Notes under the pieces: generated by a model
Databases searched by the model: none
Seen by the model: the letters and a program-made list of their open reading frames with translations, nothing else
What the model was told of the DNA's origin: nothing
Shown: positions 32,908 through 42,369 of the stretch, in pieces
How the letters are laid out: every line of letters starts with the position of its first letter
Numbering within the stretch: position 1 is the first letter of the stretch
Program-made: the position numbers and the translations under genes
From: an uncultured Prochlorococcus sp.
Lineage (GTDB): Bacteria; Cyanobacteriota; Cyanobacteriia; PCC-6307; Cyanobiaceae
NCBI GenBank assembly: GCA_902520485.1
Contig: CABYNZ010000003.1
Span: 6,859-70,858 of the forward strand
Length of the DNA: 64,000 bases
Reading direction: 5' to 3'

Positions 32908-32916
32908 AATATAACA
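32908..32916 (-). promoter_or_regulatory. Putative extended -10 promoter (TGtTATATT) for the microprotein pair
   Basis: Minus strand reads TGTTATATT, ending 14 nt before ATG 32893. Confidence 0.45.
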
Positions 32917-33136
32917 CAATATTACTAATCATGAAGCTATCTTCTTTTAAAAAAGACTTTAAAGCGTATTTAATCGCAAAAATGTATCATAAATGTTTAA
33001 ATTTTCTTTTTTTACCTTATTTCTTGTCAGCAAATGCAATAAATAATTCTATGTTTTTATCGAAAAGATTAACTATTAACAAACATTTTCTTGATAACTG
33101 TTCCTTGACCAAAAAAATAGTCAATAAGTTGATTTT

Positions 33137-33145
33137 TGTTATAAT
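33137..33145 (+). promoter_or_regulatory. Extended -10 promoter (TGtTATAAT) for tRNA-Leu/argD
   Basis: Perfect TGnTATAAT about 28 nt upstream of the tRNA. Confidence 0.65.
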
Positions 33146-33172
33146 ATAAAAGTTCATTTTTTCATAAGCCTT

Positions 33173-33254
33173 GGGAGCGTGGTGGAATTGGTAGACGCAC
33201 CGCACTCAAAATGCGGCACCTTCGGGTATGTCGGTTCAAGTCCGACCGCTCCCA
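33173..33254 (+). tRNA. trnL: tRNA-Leu(CAA)
   Basis: Acceptor GGGAGCG/CGCTCCC-A, anticodon arm CCGCA-CTCAAAA-TGCGG, variable arm, GGTTCAAGTCC; CCA not encoded. Confidence 0.97.
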
Positions 33255-33259
33255 CTTTG

Positions 33260-34435
33260 ATGAATACATATAGTCGATTCGATATATCTTTCAAAAAAGG
33301 AAAAGGTTGTTGGCTATGGGATAAAACAGGTAAAAAATATCTTGATGCAGTAGCTGGTATAGCAACATGTAGTCTTGGACATAGCGACAGAGTTTTAAGA
33401 AGAAGGTTATCAACTCAACTAAAAAAGATTCAGCACATATCTAATCTATACAACATTGAAGAACAAGAACAATTAAGCAGAACTTTAACGAATATGAGTT
33501 GTGCTAAGAGCGTCTTCTTCTGTAATAGTGGTGCGGAAGCAAATGAATCAGCAATTAAATTAATTAAAAAATATGGTAATACAACAAATAAAGGTAAAGA
33601 ATCAATTATTCTCGCAGCAGAATCCAGTTTTCATGGAAGGACACTTGCAGCCTTGAGTGCCACTGGACAGCCCAAATATCAAAAAGGTTTCGAACCAATG
33701 ATTCAAGGGTTCAAATTTTTTAAATTTAACAATTTTGATTCGGTAAAAAAATTATTTGAAGAGTGCGAAAATAATGATCAAAAAATTTCCGGCGTTTTAA
33801 TTGAACCAATACAAGGAGAAGGCGGCGTAATTCCCGGAAGTAAAATATTTTTTAAAAGCTTGAGAGAAATATGTGATAAATATAATTCTCTTCTCATTTT
33901 AGATGAGGTCCAAAGTGGAGTAGGTCGAACTGGAAAAATGTGGGGTTATGAGAATTTAGGAATTGAACCTGATGGATTCACCCTTGCGAAAGGATTAGGC
34001 GGAGGTCATGCAATTGGAGCATTATTGGTAAAAGAAAAAGCCAACATTTTTTTTCCAGGAGATCACGCAAGCACCTTTGGAGGGAACCCATTCGCCTGTA
34101 AAGCTGCCTTAACTGTATTAGAAGAAATAAATAGAAGAAATATTATCAATAATGTTTGTCTAAGAGGGGAACAATTAAGTGCTGGGTTTGAAGAATTGTC
34201 AAAAAAATTTCCAAATATTATTAGCGGTAAAAGAGGTTTAGGTTTAATACAAGGTCTTGTGATCAATGATGATTATGCTGATGCAAAAAATATTACATTG
34301 AAAGCTTTTGATAAAGGATTACTGGTAGTTCCTGCAGGAGGAAATGTTGTAAGGATTGTCCCACCATTAGTTATATCTCGAAGAGAAATTAATATTCTTT
34401 TGGATAAGCTAAATTCAATTTTTGAAGAGTTATAG
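33260..34435 (+). CDS. argD: Acetylornithine aminotransferase (class III PLP)
   Basis: MNTY.RF, YLDAVAGIATCSLGH, NSGAEANE, FHGRT, EPIQGEGG, DEVQSG.GRTG, LAKGLGGG; start ATG 33260 or TTG 33257, since the ORF-track GTG lies inside the tRNA. Confidence 0.93.
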   Translation: MNTYSRFDISFKKGKGCWLWDKTGKKYLDAVAGIATCSLGHSDRVLRRRLSTQLKKIQHISNLYNIEEQEQLSRTLTNMSCAKSVFFCNSGAEANESAIKLIKKYGNTTNKGKESIILAAESSFHGRTLAALSATGQPKYQKGFEPMIQGFKFFKFNNFDSVKKLFEECENNDQKISGVLIEPIQGEGGVIPGSKIFFKSLREICDKYNSLLILDEVQSGVGRTGKMWGYENLGIEPDGFTLAKGLGGGHAIGALLVKEKANIFFPGDHASTFGGNPFACKAALTVLEEINRRNIINNVCLRGEQLSAGFEELSKKFPNIISGKRGLGLIQGLVINDDYADAKNITLKAFDKGLLVVPAGGNVVRIVPPLVISRREINILLDKLNSIFEEL

Positions 34436-34446
34436 CAATTTAAATT

Positions 34447-35679
34447 TTGAAAAATTCAAATTTAAAAATTTTTGAATTATTGTCTCCAAAATATGAAAGG
34501 GATAATATCAATTTAGGTTTATCAAGAATCAAAAAAGCAATTCAAGAACTTGGTAATCCTTGCAAGAATATCCCTGCGATACAGATTATTGGAACCAATG
34601 GGAAAGGATCAATCGCGGCATATTTAGAAAGTATACTTTTTGAAGCTAAAAGGAATTTCGGTGTAACGACATCTCCTCATCTTTTGGATGTATGCGAGAG
34701 GATAAGAGTTAATAAAAAAAATATTAATAAAACTGATTTTGAAAAAATCTATAGACTAATAGAAAAAAATTTTTCAACATTTGAATTAACTCCTTTTGAA
34801 AAAATCATTTGCTGCGCACTAAATTTTTTTGACAATAAAAAAGTTGAATTACTCATTCTTGAAGCAGGCTTAGGGGGACGATTAGACGCGACAACAGCCC
34901 ATAAATCTAGACCAATCATTGCTATTGGGAATATTGGTTTAGACCATAAAGAATTTCTTGGAGATACTATTGAAAAAATTGCCGAAGAAAAATTAGCAGT
35001 TATTGAAAAAAACTCAATTGTCATCTCATGCAATCAAAATAGTCAAGTTGAAAATTTAATAAACAAAAAAGTTAAAGAGGTAGGAGCAGAAATTATTTGG
35101 AAAGATTCAATTTCAAAAAGCTATGAGCTTGGATTAAAAGGTATTTTCCAAAAGCAAAATGCCTCAGTAGCTGTTGGAGCAATTGATGCGCTGAATAAGT
35201 TGGGTTTTAAGATTAAAGAAAAAGACATATCTGCAGGTCTTAAAAAGACATCTTGGAAAGGAAGGCTAGAAATAATAAATTATTTGAACAAAGAAATTCT
35301 TGTAGATTGTGCGCATAATTATCCTGCTGCAAAAGCACTATCTCATGAGCGAAGCAATTGGGATAATGAAGATAAAGGGATTTATTGGATTTTAGGTGTC
35401 CAAAGACAAAAAGATATTTACGCAATATTAAAAACACTTCTAAAGAAAAATGATCACTTATTACTTGTACCAGTTCCAAACCAACCTAGTTGGCAATTAA
35501 ACGATCTCTCTCAAATTAAAGAAATTGATCTTCAAAAAACAATTGAATTTAAAACATTTGAACTTGCCATTGAGTATTTATTTTCCCTAAAAAAATGGCC
35601 ACCTAATAATCCTGTTCTAACAGGTTCTATTTTTTTAGTTGCAGAATTTATTAAATTTTCAAATAAACAGAAATCTTAA
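34447..35679 (+). CDS. folC: Folylpolyglutamate synthase / dihydrofolate synthase
   Basis: GTNGKGS, TSPHL..ERI, EAGLGGRLDAT, DCAHN, GSIFLV. Confidence 0.96.
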   Translation: MKNSNLKIFELLSPKYERDNINLGLSRIKKAIQELGNPCKNIPAIQIIGTNGKGSIAAYLESILFEAKRNFGVTTSPHLLDVCERIRVNKKNINKTDFEKIYRLIEKNFSTFELTPFEKIICCALNFFDNKKVELLILEAGLGGRLDATTAHKSRPIIAIGNIGLDHKEFLGDTIEKIAEEKLAVIEKNSIVISCNQNSQVENLINKKVKEVGAEIIWKDSISKSYELGLKGIFQKQNASVAVGAIDALNKLGFKIKEKDISAGLKKTSWKGRLEIINYLNKEILVDCAHNYPAAKALSHERSNWDNEDKGIYWILGVQRQKDIYAILKTLLKKNDHLLLVPVPNQPSWQLNDLSQIKEIDLQKTIEFKTFELAIEYLFSLKKWPPNNPVLTGSIFLVAEFIKFSNKQKS

Positions 35680-37031
35680 ATATTAAATTTTTCCTTTACT
35701 TCCCAACCTTCCAATTTTCCTGGATTTAAAAGCCCTTTAGGATCAAATTTTAATTTCGCTTTTACTTGATCTGCATCCACCACTCCGAGACCTCCGGCTT
35801 CGACAGTTAAAACATGGGGATTAAAAATAAACGCACCAAGTTTCTTACAATCTTCCATTATTTCATTTAATTCATCTATCCCATTCCACCTTAATACAGG
35901 CAAAGCCGCTAATCGCGGTGACCCTTGTTGAGAAACTGCCTCTAAATGCCAAAGAACTTTTCTACCCCATTTTTTTCTCAAAAAATTAATCATTTCTAGC
36001 TCATTATTAAGCGGCAAAAGCATCTGTAAATAAGTCCAATTTTTATCCCTAGACCTCATATGAAGAGTTGTATGATTCCATACGACTTCAGAAATTCCAT
36101 TAACGAGTTTTTCTTCTTCCCCGAGGAGGGTAAATTCAACTTTGAATTTTTTACAAATCAACTCGATCGTTTTCGTTCCTCCAAGAGTAGATTGAATTAA
36201 TATCTTGTGACTTCTAGAATCACTTTGAAACCATTTTGGCATTTGATCTACAATTTCATCTTCAAGAATTGCTCCTAGTTTCAGCTCAATTGCGGCGCTT
36301 GTAAGAGTTTTTAATATTTCTATTGTTTTTTCAAATTCAATACAGTCGATAACTATTGCATACCACTTACGTTTGATATCAGTAGCAAGTAATAAAGAAG
36401 TAATTATTCCATTAGTCCCATAAGCATGATTAAGAGGTTCTGATTCTTCAGCATCAAATTTTAATAAATCAGGTTTTTCATTAATAGTCACTGCCTCTAA
36501 ACCAATAAGGTTGCCTGGATCTCTTAAAAATCCCCACCTAATGGACCCAATACCTCCTGACCCGCCTGCAATAAAGCCTCCAATTGTAGCGGTTTTCCAA
36601 GTACTAGGAAGCAACCTTAATTCCCTTCCATATTTTTCTAATTGTTTATTCAAATCTCCCATGACACATCCAGACTGTGCTTTCACAAAACCTGTATCTG
36701 GATCAAATTCTTCTAGCTTATTAAAGAGATTCATATGCATTACAACTCCTTTAAACAATGGAACAGCTTGTCCATAATTGCCTGTTCCTGAACCCCTTAA
36801 AGTAAGTGGGATAGAAAATTCCCAACAAATTTTTGCTACTTTCTTCACAGCGTTATGATCACTAGGTCTTACCACCAAATCAGCGATACATTCGTCTAAT
36901 CTTTCATTAAGGATTGGAGAGTAATTATAAAAATCTTTTGAAAGTCTTTTTACGTCGGATTGGCTTTCAATAATCTCTAAGTTTTTGACTTCCCTAAATT
37001 TGTCTAAAAATTTAAGACTATTTGATGTCAT
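35676..37031 (-). CDS. FAD-binding oxidoreductase (GlcD/VAO family)
   Basis: RGSGTGNYGQAVP, ATIGGFIAGGSGG, HAYGTNGII, FDPKGLLNPGK. Confidence 0.9.
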   Translation of the reverse strand: MTSNSLKFLDKFREVKNLEIIESQSDVKRLSKDFYNYSPILNERLDECIADLVVRPSDHNAVKKVAKICWEFSIPLTLRGSGTGNYGQAVPLFKGVVMHMNLFNKLEEFDPDTGFVKAQSGCVMGDLNKQLEKYGRELRLLPSTWKTATIGGFIAGGSGGIGSIRWGFLRDPGNLIGLEAVTINEKPDLLKFDAEESEPLNHAYGTNGIITSLLLATDIKRKWYAIVIDCIEFEKTIEILKTLTSAAIELKLGAILEDEIVDQMPKWFQSDSRSHKILIQSTLGGTKTIELICKKFKVEFTLLGEEEKLVNGISEVVWNHTTLHMRSRDKNWTYLQMLLPLNNELEMINFLRKKWGRKVLWHLEAVSQQGSPRLAALPVLRWNGIDELNEIMEDCKKLGAFIFNPHVLTVEAGGLGVVDADQVKAKLKFDPKGLLNPGKLEGWEVKEKFNI

Positions 37032-37067
37032 TAATAAAATTTCTTATGTTTTATATAAATTAGTCGA

Positions 37068-38303
37068 TTAGCAATATAAATCGCCTTTTATATATACTTT
37101 TCTCTTTAAAGTAGTCGAAAAAACATCTGCCCATCTTTGTGCATCTGTAATTACAAAGTCAGCAGGGCATCCCTCTTTAATTAAACCATCCCATTTTAAA
37201 TTTAATAATCTGCTTGGAGCTAAAAAAATAGAAGATAGAGTCATTCTCTCCCAGGGATTTAGTTGAAGCATTGGTATCGAGCAAGACATCATATAAAAAG
37301 GATCAAAATTACCAAATGGGTACCAAGGGTCTTGAACATTATCACTACCCAGAGATACATCCACATGTGATTTTTGTAATTGCTTTAATGGCGCAACTGG
37401 TCTTTTTAATGATGTAGTTTTATTACTTCGATTGAGCAGCCAAAAATTTGTTAGGGGTAAAGCAATAACCTTAATATTTTTCTCAGCCATTTTTTCTCCT
37501 AAAGTTAAAATCTCTCTATGACTTAGAGAAATAAGACTACTCAAATGACTACAAGTGATCGGAATACTATTAATTTTTAAATTTTCAATTGTTTCTAACA
37601 AAACTTTTATTCCTGCTCCAGGCTCAATAATTGACTCATCTATATGCAAATCAATTTCTAATTTATATTTACTCGCAAGAAGAAGCATCTTTGCAAGAAA
37701 TTTACTTGTATTTTTTTTGTTGAAAGGGGGTACAATAACACCTCCTAAAATGCCTCCATTAGAGGAAAATATTTTTGCCAACTCTTCTCCATTAGAAGTA
37801 TCCCAAAATTCCAATGGAGCTAGAGCAACGAATTGTAAAGTCAAATCAGATGAAAATTTTTTTTGTAATTTAAAAAGTTCAATCCAAATATCAATAGATT
37901 GGCTTTTGTATGTATCAATATGACTTCTAATAGCTCGGTATCCGTTTTTTATGGCAAGTTTTAATGATTTCTCAACTCTTTCAAGAACCTTATCTGTAGT
38001 TCTAGTTTTATGTTCTTCAAGATTTACTGATAATGCTCCTCCATAGTTTGATTCCAGATTAGGAAAGTCTGCCCATGTAAATGATTTATCAAAATGCGAA
38101 TGCGTTTCAACAAATCTTGGGAATAAAATATTTTTTGGTTTTATAACTTTATTTTCTGAAGGTTTTAACTCAGAAACAAATCCATCCTCCCAACTAATGG
38201 AAACTGAACATAAATCCTCTACATCGATAATGAGGTTACCTATATCTTCTATTAAACAAAGGCTTCTTGGAATAAGAACCTCAGCTGTGCCGGAATTACT
38301 CAA
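37068..38303 (-). CDS. Cytosine-deaminase-like metal-dependent amidohydrolase
   Basis: HSHFDK, DLHIDE, SH, GSDNVQDPWYPFG. Confidence 0.88.
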   Translation of the reverse strand: MSNSGTAEVLIPRSLCLIEDIGNLIIDVEDLCSVSISWEDGFVSELKPSENKVIKPKNILFPRFVETHSHFDKSFTWADFPNLESNYGGALSVNLEEHKTRTTDKVLERVEKSLKLAIKNGYRAIRSHIDTYKSQSIDIWIELFKLQKKFSSDLTLQFVALAPLEFWDTSNGEELAKIFSSNGGILGGVIVPPFNKKNTSKFLAKMLLLASKYKLEIDLHIDESIIEPGAGIKVLLETIENLKINSIPITCSHLSSLISLSHREILTLGEKMAEKNIKVIALPLTNFWLLNRSNKTTSLKRPVAPLKQLQKSHVDVSLGSDNVQDPWYPFGNFDPFYMMSCSIPMLQLNPWERMTLSSIFLAPSRLLNLKWDGLIKEGCPADFVITDAQRWADVFSTTLKRKVYIKGDLYC

Positions 38304-38431
38304 ATTTTTAAATTTTCTTTTATTTTAGATCATAAGAAAACTTTACTGAATTAGAAAATAATTCAAATTTCGCTAAAAGATAAAAATAATTATGAAAAAT
38401 TACCCTCGGGTTGGTAAATTTATAAATGTGA

Positions 38432-38505
38432 GGCGGGCGTCGCCAAGTGGTTAAGGCAGCGGCTTGTGGCGCCGCTATTCGGGGGTTCGAATCCCCTCGC
38501 TCGCC
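38432..38505 (+). tRNA. trnH: tRNA-His(GTG)
   Basis: G-1 plus GCGGGCG/CGCTCGC-C acceptor, anticodon arm GCGGC-TTGTGGC-GCCGC, GGTTCGAATCC. Confidence 0.97.
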
Positions 38506-38577
38506 CTCAAAAATATTGCAGCAAAATTATTTAACTTGTAATTTTGAATTAAATAATCATAAAAAATTCCTAGCAAA

Positions 38578-39972
38578 GTGCTAACAAAAACAAAATCATA
38601 CGAAAAAAAATCTCAAAAGAATTCAACTACTGGCAGTTATTGGATAACCACATTTGGATGCCAAATGAACAAGGCTGATTCTGAGAGAATGGCTGGGACA
38701 TTAGAGAAGATGGGATATACCAGAGCAGATAATGAATTAAATGCCGATTTAGTCTTGTACAATACATGCACAATCAGAGATAATGCGGAGCAAAAAGTTT
38801 ATAGCTTTCTAGGAAGACAAGCAAAAAGAAAGCATAAAACACCTAACTTAAAACTTGTTGTTGCAGGTTGCCTTGCGCAACAAGAGGGAGAATCCTTATT
38901 GAGAAGAGTCCCAGAACTTGATCTGGTTATGGGACCCCAACAAGTAAATAATCTTGAGAATCTTTTGGGGAAAGTTGATTTAGGAAATCAAGTTGCTGCC
39001 ACAGAAGAAACCTTCATTTCTGAAGACATAACAAGTGCCAGAAGAGAAAGCTCTATTTGTGGCTGGGTGAATATCATTTATGGATGTAATGAAAGATGTT
39101 CATATTGTGTCGTACCATCTGTAAGAGGAAAGGAGCAATCAAGATATCCAAATGCGATAAAAAGTGAGATCCAAAAATTAGCTGATGATAATTTTAAAGA
39201 AATTACTCTTTTGGGTCAGAACATTGATGCTTATGGTAGAGACCTTCCAGGAACTACAAAAGAGGGCAGAAAAGAGAATACACTAACAGATCTTTTATAT
39301 TATATTCACGATGTTAAAGGAATTCGCAGAATAAGATTTGCTACTAGTCATCCAAGATATTTTTCAAAAAGGTTGATTCAAGCTTGTTATGAGCTTGATA
39401 AAGTCTGTGAACATTTCCATATTCCCTTCCAAAGCGGAAATGATGAAATCTTAAAACAAATGTCAAGAGGATATTCTATTAAAAAGTATAAAAATATTAT
39501 CGAGAACATAAGGTCATTAATGCCAGATGCATCAATCACTGCTGACGCAATAGTTGCTTTCCCAGGAGAAACCGAACAACAATATCAAGATACATTAAAG
39601 CTAATATCAGAAATTGGTTTTGATCAAGTTAATACGGCAGCATATTCTCCAAGACCAAATACGCCTGCAGCAGTTTGGTCGAATCAACTTTCTGAAGTGG
39701 TAAAAAAAGCTAGATTACAAGAAATTAATAATTTAGTCGAAAAAACTGCTAGGAGCAGAAATCAAAGATACATCAACAATATTCAAAGCGTTTTAATTGA
39801 GGGTTTAAATCCAAAAAATTCCTCGCAAATTATGGGTAGAACTAGAACAAATAGATTAACTTTTGTTGAGATTCCCAAAAACATTAATTTTAATTTTTCA
39901 TTGGGAGATGAGATAGATGTCAAAATAAATGAAGCAAGACCTTTTTCTTTAACGGGCGAACTTTATTTATAA
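38578..39972 (+). CDS. miaB: tRNA-i6A37 methylthiotransferase MiaB
   Basis: [24 protein letters not shown] radical SAM motif, C-terminal TRAM domain. Confidence 0.97.
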   Translation: MLTKTKSYEKKSQKNSTTGSYWITTFGCQMNKADSERMAGTLEKMGYTRADNELNADLVLYNTCTIRDNAEQKVYSFLGRQAKRKHKTPNLKLVVAGCLAQQEGESLLRRVPELDLVMGPQQVNNLENLLGKVDLGNQVAATEETFISEDITSARRESSICGWVNIIYGCNERCSYCVVPSVRGKEQSRYPNAIKSEIQKLADDNFKEITLLGQNIDAYGRDLPGTTKEGRKENTLTDLLYYIHDVKGIRRIRFATSHPRYFSKRLIQACYELDKVCEHFHIPFQSGNDEILKQMSRGYSIKKYKNIIENIRSLMPDASITADAIVAFPGETEQQYQDTLKLISEIGFDQVNTAAYSPRPNTPAAVWSNQLSEVVKKARLQEINNLVEKTARSRNQRYINNIQSVLIEGLNPKNSSQIMGRTRTNRLTFVEIPKNINFNFSLGDEIDVKINEARPFSLTGELYL

Positions 39973-39979
39973 TCTTTAA

Positions 39980-41047
39980 ATGATAGAGGGGCAAAAAAAA
40001 TGTATTGGTTTAATATTTGGTGGTAATTCCAATGAACATGAAGTATCGATATCCTCTGCAAAAACAGTTTTTCAAGCATTTAATTCAGAAATAAACAAAG
40101 AACGCTTTACAGTTAAACCCTTTTACATAAACAAATATGGAGATTGGCTTGATAGTCATCTCTCAGAAAAGATACTAATTGGCGGAATTAAAAAGAATAA
40201 AACAAATAAACAAGAAACTTTTAATCAGAAAAAAATTAACTTCCTTGACGGAATTGAATTTCAAAATATTGATGTTTGGTTTCCTCTTTTACATGGATTT
40301 AATGGTGAAGATGGATCAATTCATGGCTTACTTAGATTTACAAAGAAACCTTTAGTCGGATGTGGAATTATTGGTTCTGCACTTGGAATGGATAAAATAT
40401 TGATGAAAACAATTTTCTCCTATCTTAAACTTCCACAAGTTAATTATCTAGTTTTTCAAAATGAAGATCTCAACGATAAGCAAATAAAAAATAAAATAGT
40501 CAATGAAATTTTAAAAAAATTAAAATTTCCTATTTTTGTTAAACCATCGAACTCTGGATCATCTCTTGGCATCTCCAAAGTCAAAAATGAATCAGAAATA
40601 TTACAAGCATTAGAGAAGGCTCGGAAAATAGATCCAAGAATTTTAATAGAGGAAGGTTTAGAGGTAAGGGAGATTGAATGCGGAATAATTGGGAATTCAA
40701 AACTCTTAACCTCTGAGATAGGCGAGGTAAATTACGAAAGTGATTGGTATGATTACGATTCAAAATATCACTCAAATAATAAAATAATTATCCCAGCCGA
40801 AATAGATTCTAAAATCAAAAAAGAAATTAAAGAAATTGCTATTAAAAGTTGTAGAGCACTAAATATTTTCGGTTTTGCAAGAGTAGATTTCTTTTTAGAA
40901 AAATCTTCAAATAAAATTTTACTAAATGAAATAAATACAATTCCTGGTTTTACAAAAAACAGTATGTTTCCAATGCTTTGGGAAGCTTCAGGTTTAAAAA
41001 TTGAACAACTTGTGGCTAAACTGGTAGATATATCTTTAGATTTGTAA
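39980..41047 (+). CDS. ddl: D-alanine--D-alanine ligase
   Basis: FGGNSNEHEVS, LHG..GEDG, GSSLG, YDYDSKY, NEINTIPG. Confidence 0.97.
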   Translation: MIEGQKKCIGLIFGGNSNEHEVSISSAKTVFQAFNSEINKERFTVKPFYINKYGDWLDSHLSEKILIGGIKKNKTNKQETFNQKKINFLDGIEFQNIDVWFPLLHGFNGEDGSIHGLLRFTKKPLVGCGIIGSALGMDKILMKTIFSYLKLPQVNYLVFQNEDLNDKQIKNKIVNEILKKLKFPIFVKPSNSGSSLGISKVKNESEILQALEKARKIDPRILIEEGLEVREIECGIIGNSKLLTSEIGEVNYESDWYDYDSKYHSNNKIIIPAEIDSKIKKEIKEIAIKSCRALNIFGFARVDFFLEKSSNKILLNEINTIPGFTKNSMFPMLWEASGLKIEQLVAKLVDISLDL

Positions 41048-41057
41048 TTTAAATCAA

Positions 41058-41468
41058 ATGTTGCATGGACTACTTTGGTTACCATTACTTTTAATCTTCA
41101 TTTTATTAACTGCACTTGGATGGTTAGAAAGAAGAAGGCAAAATCTTTTTAGAAGTTGGGCTAGTGATTCTGAACTTTGCAAGTTGGATAGTTCAGGTGC
41201 AGCTTCTTTAAAAAATGGGGAGTTAAAGTGGAGCGCATTTGAAGCTGGTAAATTTGAAGAAAAAGATTGTTTTACGATCAAGAAACTGGAATTAGTTGAA
41301 TTAATGGCACTAACTTCAGGTGAAGCTCCTCTAACAAATGAATCTCAAGGTAAGTGCAGGTTGAGATTAGTGGGGGATGGGAAAGAGATGGATGTACCAT
41401 TTTCAGATGCAGAGCAAGCGAGAGAATGGATGGACCAACTAATGGAAAAAGCTCGATGTGATTTGTGA
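41058..41468 (+). CDS. Conserved membrane-anchored hypothetical protein
   Basis: N-terminal TM, overlaps the ftsQ start (GTGA), inside the ddl-ftsQ-ftsZ cluster. Confidence 0.8.
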   Translation: MLHGLLWLPLLLIFILLTALGWLERRRQNLFRSWASDSELCKLDSSGAASLKNGELKWSAFEAGKFEEKDCFTIKKLELVELMALTSGEAPLTNESQGKCRLRLVGDGKEMDVPFSDAEQAREWMDQLMEKARCDL

Positions 41469-42190
41469 AAAACAAAAAAGTAATCAAAAATAGAAGCTTT
41501 TTTTTTCTAATTTCATTTTTATTTTTAACAAGCTTATTAAGTATAAAAACACTCAAAAAAGTTGATCCTCAGGACATTAGGATTGCTGGTAGTGGATTAT
41601 TTTCGCAGAAAGATGTGATAATAAATTCATCTTTAAATTTTCCTATCCGATTAATTTTTGTTGAAACTAATTTGCTAGAAAAAGAGTTAAAACAAAATTT
41701 ATCTCTCAAGAATGTTTCGGTAAGCAGAGAACTATTTCCTTTTGGTTTAAAAGTTCATATTAATTCAAGAACTCCAATAGCTCACGGTGAGAGAATATTA
41801 AACGACGAAAAAATATTAGGCTTCATTGATAAAGATGGAATTTTTATAAATAAACAAAATGTAGATGAAAAAAATTTGAATAAATTAACCATAAAGGTTT
41901 TTGGGTGGAAGGAAAAATTTAAAAAAATATTATCTGAAATTTTTATTGCTATAGATAATTATGAATTAGACATAGTTAAAATAACTTTTTCATCCGATGG
42001 GTTTCTAACTGTTGAGGAAAAAGATTTAAAAACAATATTCTTAGGATTTAAGCCAAATTTAATCAACAATCAATTTCAAAAAATCAATTATCTTAAAAAT
42101 GAATTTAAGAAAAATAGCTTTTCAAAAAAAATAGATAATATTGATCTTACTAATCCAGATAAACCAAAAATAAAAGTGTTCAAACCCTAA
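41465..42190 (+). CDS. ftsQ: Cell division protein FtsQ/DivIB
   Basis: TM, POTRA-like VSRELFP.GL.V.I..R.P segment, C-terminal IDLTNP; upstream of ftsZ. Confidence 0.8.
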   Translation: MKNKKVIKNRSFFFLISFLFLTSLLSIKTLKKVDPQDIRIAGSGLFSQKDVIINSSLNFPIRLIFVETNLLEKELKQNLSLKNVSVSRELFPFGLKVHINSRTPIAHGERILNDEKILGFIDKDGIFINKQNVDEKNLNKLTIKVFGWKEKFKKILSEIFIAIDNYELDIVKITFSSDGFLTVEEKDLKTIFLGFKPNLINNQFQKINYLKNEFKKNSFSKKIDNIDLTNPDKPKIKVFKP

Positions 42191-42369
42191 TATTTGAAAA
42201 AGGATTTTGAGTAATTTTTTTTAATTATTGTAGTGTTGATATGGGTTTTGCATTCAAAACAAAATATTTAATAAATAAATATTTTTAGGATTTTCCTCAA
42301 CAAATTCCTACATATGAGCGCAGTAAGTTCATAATGCACCCAATACTAGTAAAAGATTCCTATTAAGAG

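Noticed and set aside
32931-33205. 72-aa (+) and 62-aa (-) ORFs upstream of tRNA-Leu
   Set aside because: Low-complexity AT-rich translations that overlap the promoter and the tRNA
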